64,000 nucleotides of DNA. Source: an uncultured Anaerolineaceae bacterium. Lineage in GTDB: Bacteria > Chloroflexota > Anaerolineae > Anaerolineales > E44-bin32. Location: NCBI GenBank assembly GCA_964590515.1, contig CAZPZD010000002.1:2946-66945 (forward strand), in the 5' to 3' direction. The translations under genes were made by a program, and so were the position numbers. The notes under the pieces were generated by a model. That model ran no database searches. It saw only the letters and a list, made by a program, of their open reading frames with translations, and was not told the DNA's origin. Of this stretch, positions 62,302-64,000 are shown piece after piece; the stretch's first letter is position 1; each line of letters opens with the position of its first letter.

Positions 62302-62787
62302 CTATGCCTCGACCCGCAGCGACTTCTCCCCCATCACCTTGTCGTGCAGGGTCAGGATGCCGTGGATCAGGCTTTCCGGGCGAGGTGGACAACCAGCAAT
62401 ATAAACGTCCACCGGCATGACTTCGTCCACTCCCGGGACGATGGCGTAGTTATTGAACACTCCACCGCAGGCGGCGCAGTCCCCCATCGCGATCACCCAT
62501 TTGGGCTCCGGCATCTGGTCGTACAAACGCCGGAGCACCGGTGCCATTTTGCGACTCACCCTCCCAGCCACGATCAGCAGGTCGCTCTGGCGGGGGCTGG
62601 CCCGCATTAGCTCCATCCCGAAGCGGCTGAGGTCATAGTCCGCAGCCTGGGTCGCCATCATCTCGATGGCGCAGCACGCCAAGCCGGAAAGCAGCGGCCA
62701 CATGGCTCGGGTGCGGCTCCAGTTGACGGCTTTCTCGAGGGTGGTTGTGACCGCCCCGAGATTGCCGAGCTTCTGCTCTATTCCCAT
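62302..62787 (-). CDS. nuoB: NADH-quinone oxidoreductase subunit B
   Basis: 161 aa. N2-cluster cysteines in [18 protein letters not shown] and GCPPRPE. Confidence 0.95.
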   Translation of the reverse strand: MGIEQKLGNLGAVTTTLEKAVNWSRTRAMWPLLSGLACCAIEMMATQAADYDLSRFGMELMRASPRQSDLLIVAGRVSRKMAPVLRRLYDQMPEPKWVIAMGDCAACGGVFNNYAIVPGVDEVMPVDVYIAGCPPRPESLIHGILTLHDKVMGEKSLRVEA

Positions 62788-63134
62788 TCCAACGCCCCCT
62801 TCTTCCAGGCGTACACAAAACCGACGAGCAGGATCAGGATGAACACCAGCATTTCGATCAGCCCGGCCAGCTTGAGTTCACGCAATACGACCGCCCAGGG
62901 GAGCAGGAACACCACTTCGATGTCAAAGAGGATGAAGAGAACGGCGACCAGGTAGAAATGGACCGGCATCCGCCGTTGACCAGAGCCGTACGGAAGGATT
63001 CCGGACTCGTACGGTTGCCCTTTGCGGAGGTTCTTTCGGCGCGGCCCGCACAGGTGCCCGACTCCGACGATTAGGAACGCCAGTCCGGTGGACAGGACGA
63101 GCAAGACAGTGATCGGGAGGTAGTCAGCAGGCAT
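62778..63134 (-). CDS. nuoA: NADH-quinone oxidoreductase subunit A
   Basis: 118 aa from ATG 63134 (the track start 63143 is a TTG). Three TM segments. YESGI and [12 protein letters not shown] motifs. Confidence 0.9.
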   Translation of the reverse strand: MPADYLPITVLLVLSTGLAFLIVGVGHLCGPRRKNLRKGQPYESGILPYGSGQRRMPVHFYLVAVLFILFDIEVVFLLPWAVVLRELKLAGLIEMLVFILILLVGFVYAWKKGALEWE

Positions 63135-63193
63135 CGGTTGCAAGCAAAATGGAGACGGGATTTACTAAAGGCCTGCCTCAATAAACTATGTAC

Positions 63194-63202
63194 ATTCTAT
63201 CA
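63194..63202 (-). promoter_or_regulatory. Putative extended -10 promoter (TGaTAGAAT) of the nuo operon
   Basis: The minus strand reads TGATAGAAT, 59 nt upstream of ATG 63134. Confidence 0.45.
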
Positions 63203-63300
63203 CAATGGGATTCTTCGCCCTTTGGGCCGGGATACAATACGTCGGCGCTCTGCGGCAAGGCAAGTTGCATACGCCGTGACCCGAAGGGCCCGCTTGACCC

Positions 63301-64000
63301 ATGAATTCGAAACTCGGTCTGGCGCTCGGCGGCGGTGCTGGGCGGGGCCTGGCTCATATCGGTGTGTTACGGGTGCTGGATCGGGAGGGTATTCGCCCCG
63401 GATACCTGGCCGGCACCAGCATGGGCGGCTTAGTTGCGGCCGGCTACGCGGCTGGCCGGTCAACGGACGAGATGGAATCGTACGCCTCCAAGCTCAGCAG
63501 CCTTGGCCAGCTGCTGCGGCTCGCGGGAATTGGCCTCCCGCGGCAGGGTCTGCTCAAACTCGAGGGACTGTCCAAGCTGCTGCGGGAGTTCCTGGCCCCT
63601 CACGAGAGTTTCGAGACCCTCTCAACTCCGCTCTCGCTTGCAGCCGTGGACTTGCGATCGGGGCAACGGGTGGCGCTCGCCTCGGGCAGCTTGCTCCCAG
63701 CAGTGCGGGCCACCATCGCGATGCCCGGAGTGTTCGCACCGGTCCGGATCGGGGAGCAGCTCCTGGTGGACGGCGGGGTACTCGAGAACTTGCCGGTCGG
63801 CTTGGCCCGCAGGATGGGAGCTTCGATCGTGCTGGCCGTTGATGTCACCCTCGACCCACGGGATGAGGCCTCCTGGCAAAAGACCCGCATGCCCTCGATC
63901 AGTAAGCATCTCTGGCGCTCGTTTGCTATCATGATCACCCAGCAGACCGAGGCGGGGATCCGTGAGAGTGGACCAGAGCTGGTCCTCCGACCTCCGATCC
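63301..64000 (+). CDS. Patatin-like phospholipase (3' end outside the window)
   Basis: Absent from the ORF track because it has no stop in the window. My own translation from ATG 63301: MNSKLGLALGGGAGRGLAHIGVLRVLDREG (GGGxxRG), GTSMGG (GxSxG), LLVDGG (DGG). An in-frame TGA lies 6 nt upstream of the ATG. Confidence 0.85.
   Translation, partial: MNSKLGLALGGGAGRGLAHIGVLRVLDREGIRPGYLAGTSMGGLVAAGYAAGRSTDEMESYASKLSSLGQLLRLAGIGLPRQGLLKLEGLSKLLREFLAPHESFETLSTPLSLAAVDLRSGQRVALASGSLLPAVRATIAMPGVFAPVRIGEQLLVDGGVLENLPVGLARRMGASIVLAVDVTLDPRDEASWQKTRMPSISKHLWRSFAIMITQQTEAGIRESGPELVLRPPI

Noticed and set aside
63138-63934. Track ORFs 63138..63842 and 63434..63934 (plus strand) and 63600..63938 (minus strand).
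   Set aside because: They are wrong frames over the patatin-like gene. The frame starting at ATG 63301 carries GGGxxRG, GxSxG and DGG motifs and stays open to the end of the window.

Overview
High-GC (roughly 60-65% by eye), very gene-dense bacterial chromosome segment. I support about 60 protein genes, 3 tRNA genes, one CIRCE operator, and several promoter and terminator candidates. Content is mostly housekeeping. It includes a complete 14-gene complex I operon nuoA-N (48.7-63.1 kb, minus strand) followed by acyP. It also includes the conserved rpsB-tsf-pyrH-frr-uppS-cdsA cluster with glpX appended, plus rho, groES-groEL, dnaE with a phosphofructokinase, and rnz. Less ordinary content: an IclR-linked three-subunit molybdoenzyme with the extra 4-Cys insertion typical of 4-hydroxybenzoyl-CoA reductase; a thiolase and an acyl-CoA mutase large subunit; an ECF sigma operon ending in a beta-helical membrane protein; tandem LysM/M23 peptidase paralogues; three membrane-anchored TPR(-like) proteins; and a divergent Elp3 / Trm9-like methyltransferase pair next to a tRNA-Ser/Ser/Arg cluster. 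Many long ORFs in the supplied track are antisense or N-terminal-extension artefacts of high GC, and I trimmed starts accordingly. A patatin-like gene missing from the track runs off the right edge. I found no CRISPR array, transposase, integrase, prophage or recognisable defence genes, and no convincing novel multi-gene system. The most unusual candidate is a eukaryote/archaea-style Elp3 + Trm9-like tRNA wobble-uridine module with a leaderless promoter layout. Gene content (Elp3, short EF-Ts, TPR/LysM envelope proteins) suggests a Chloroflexota-like lineage, but that is inference only.
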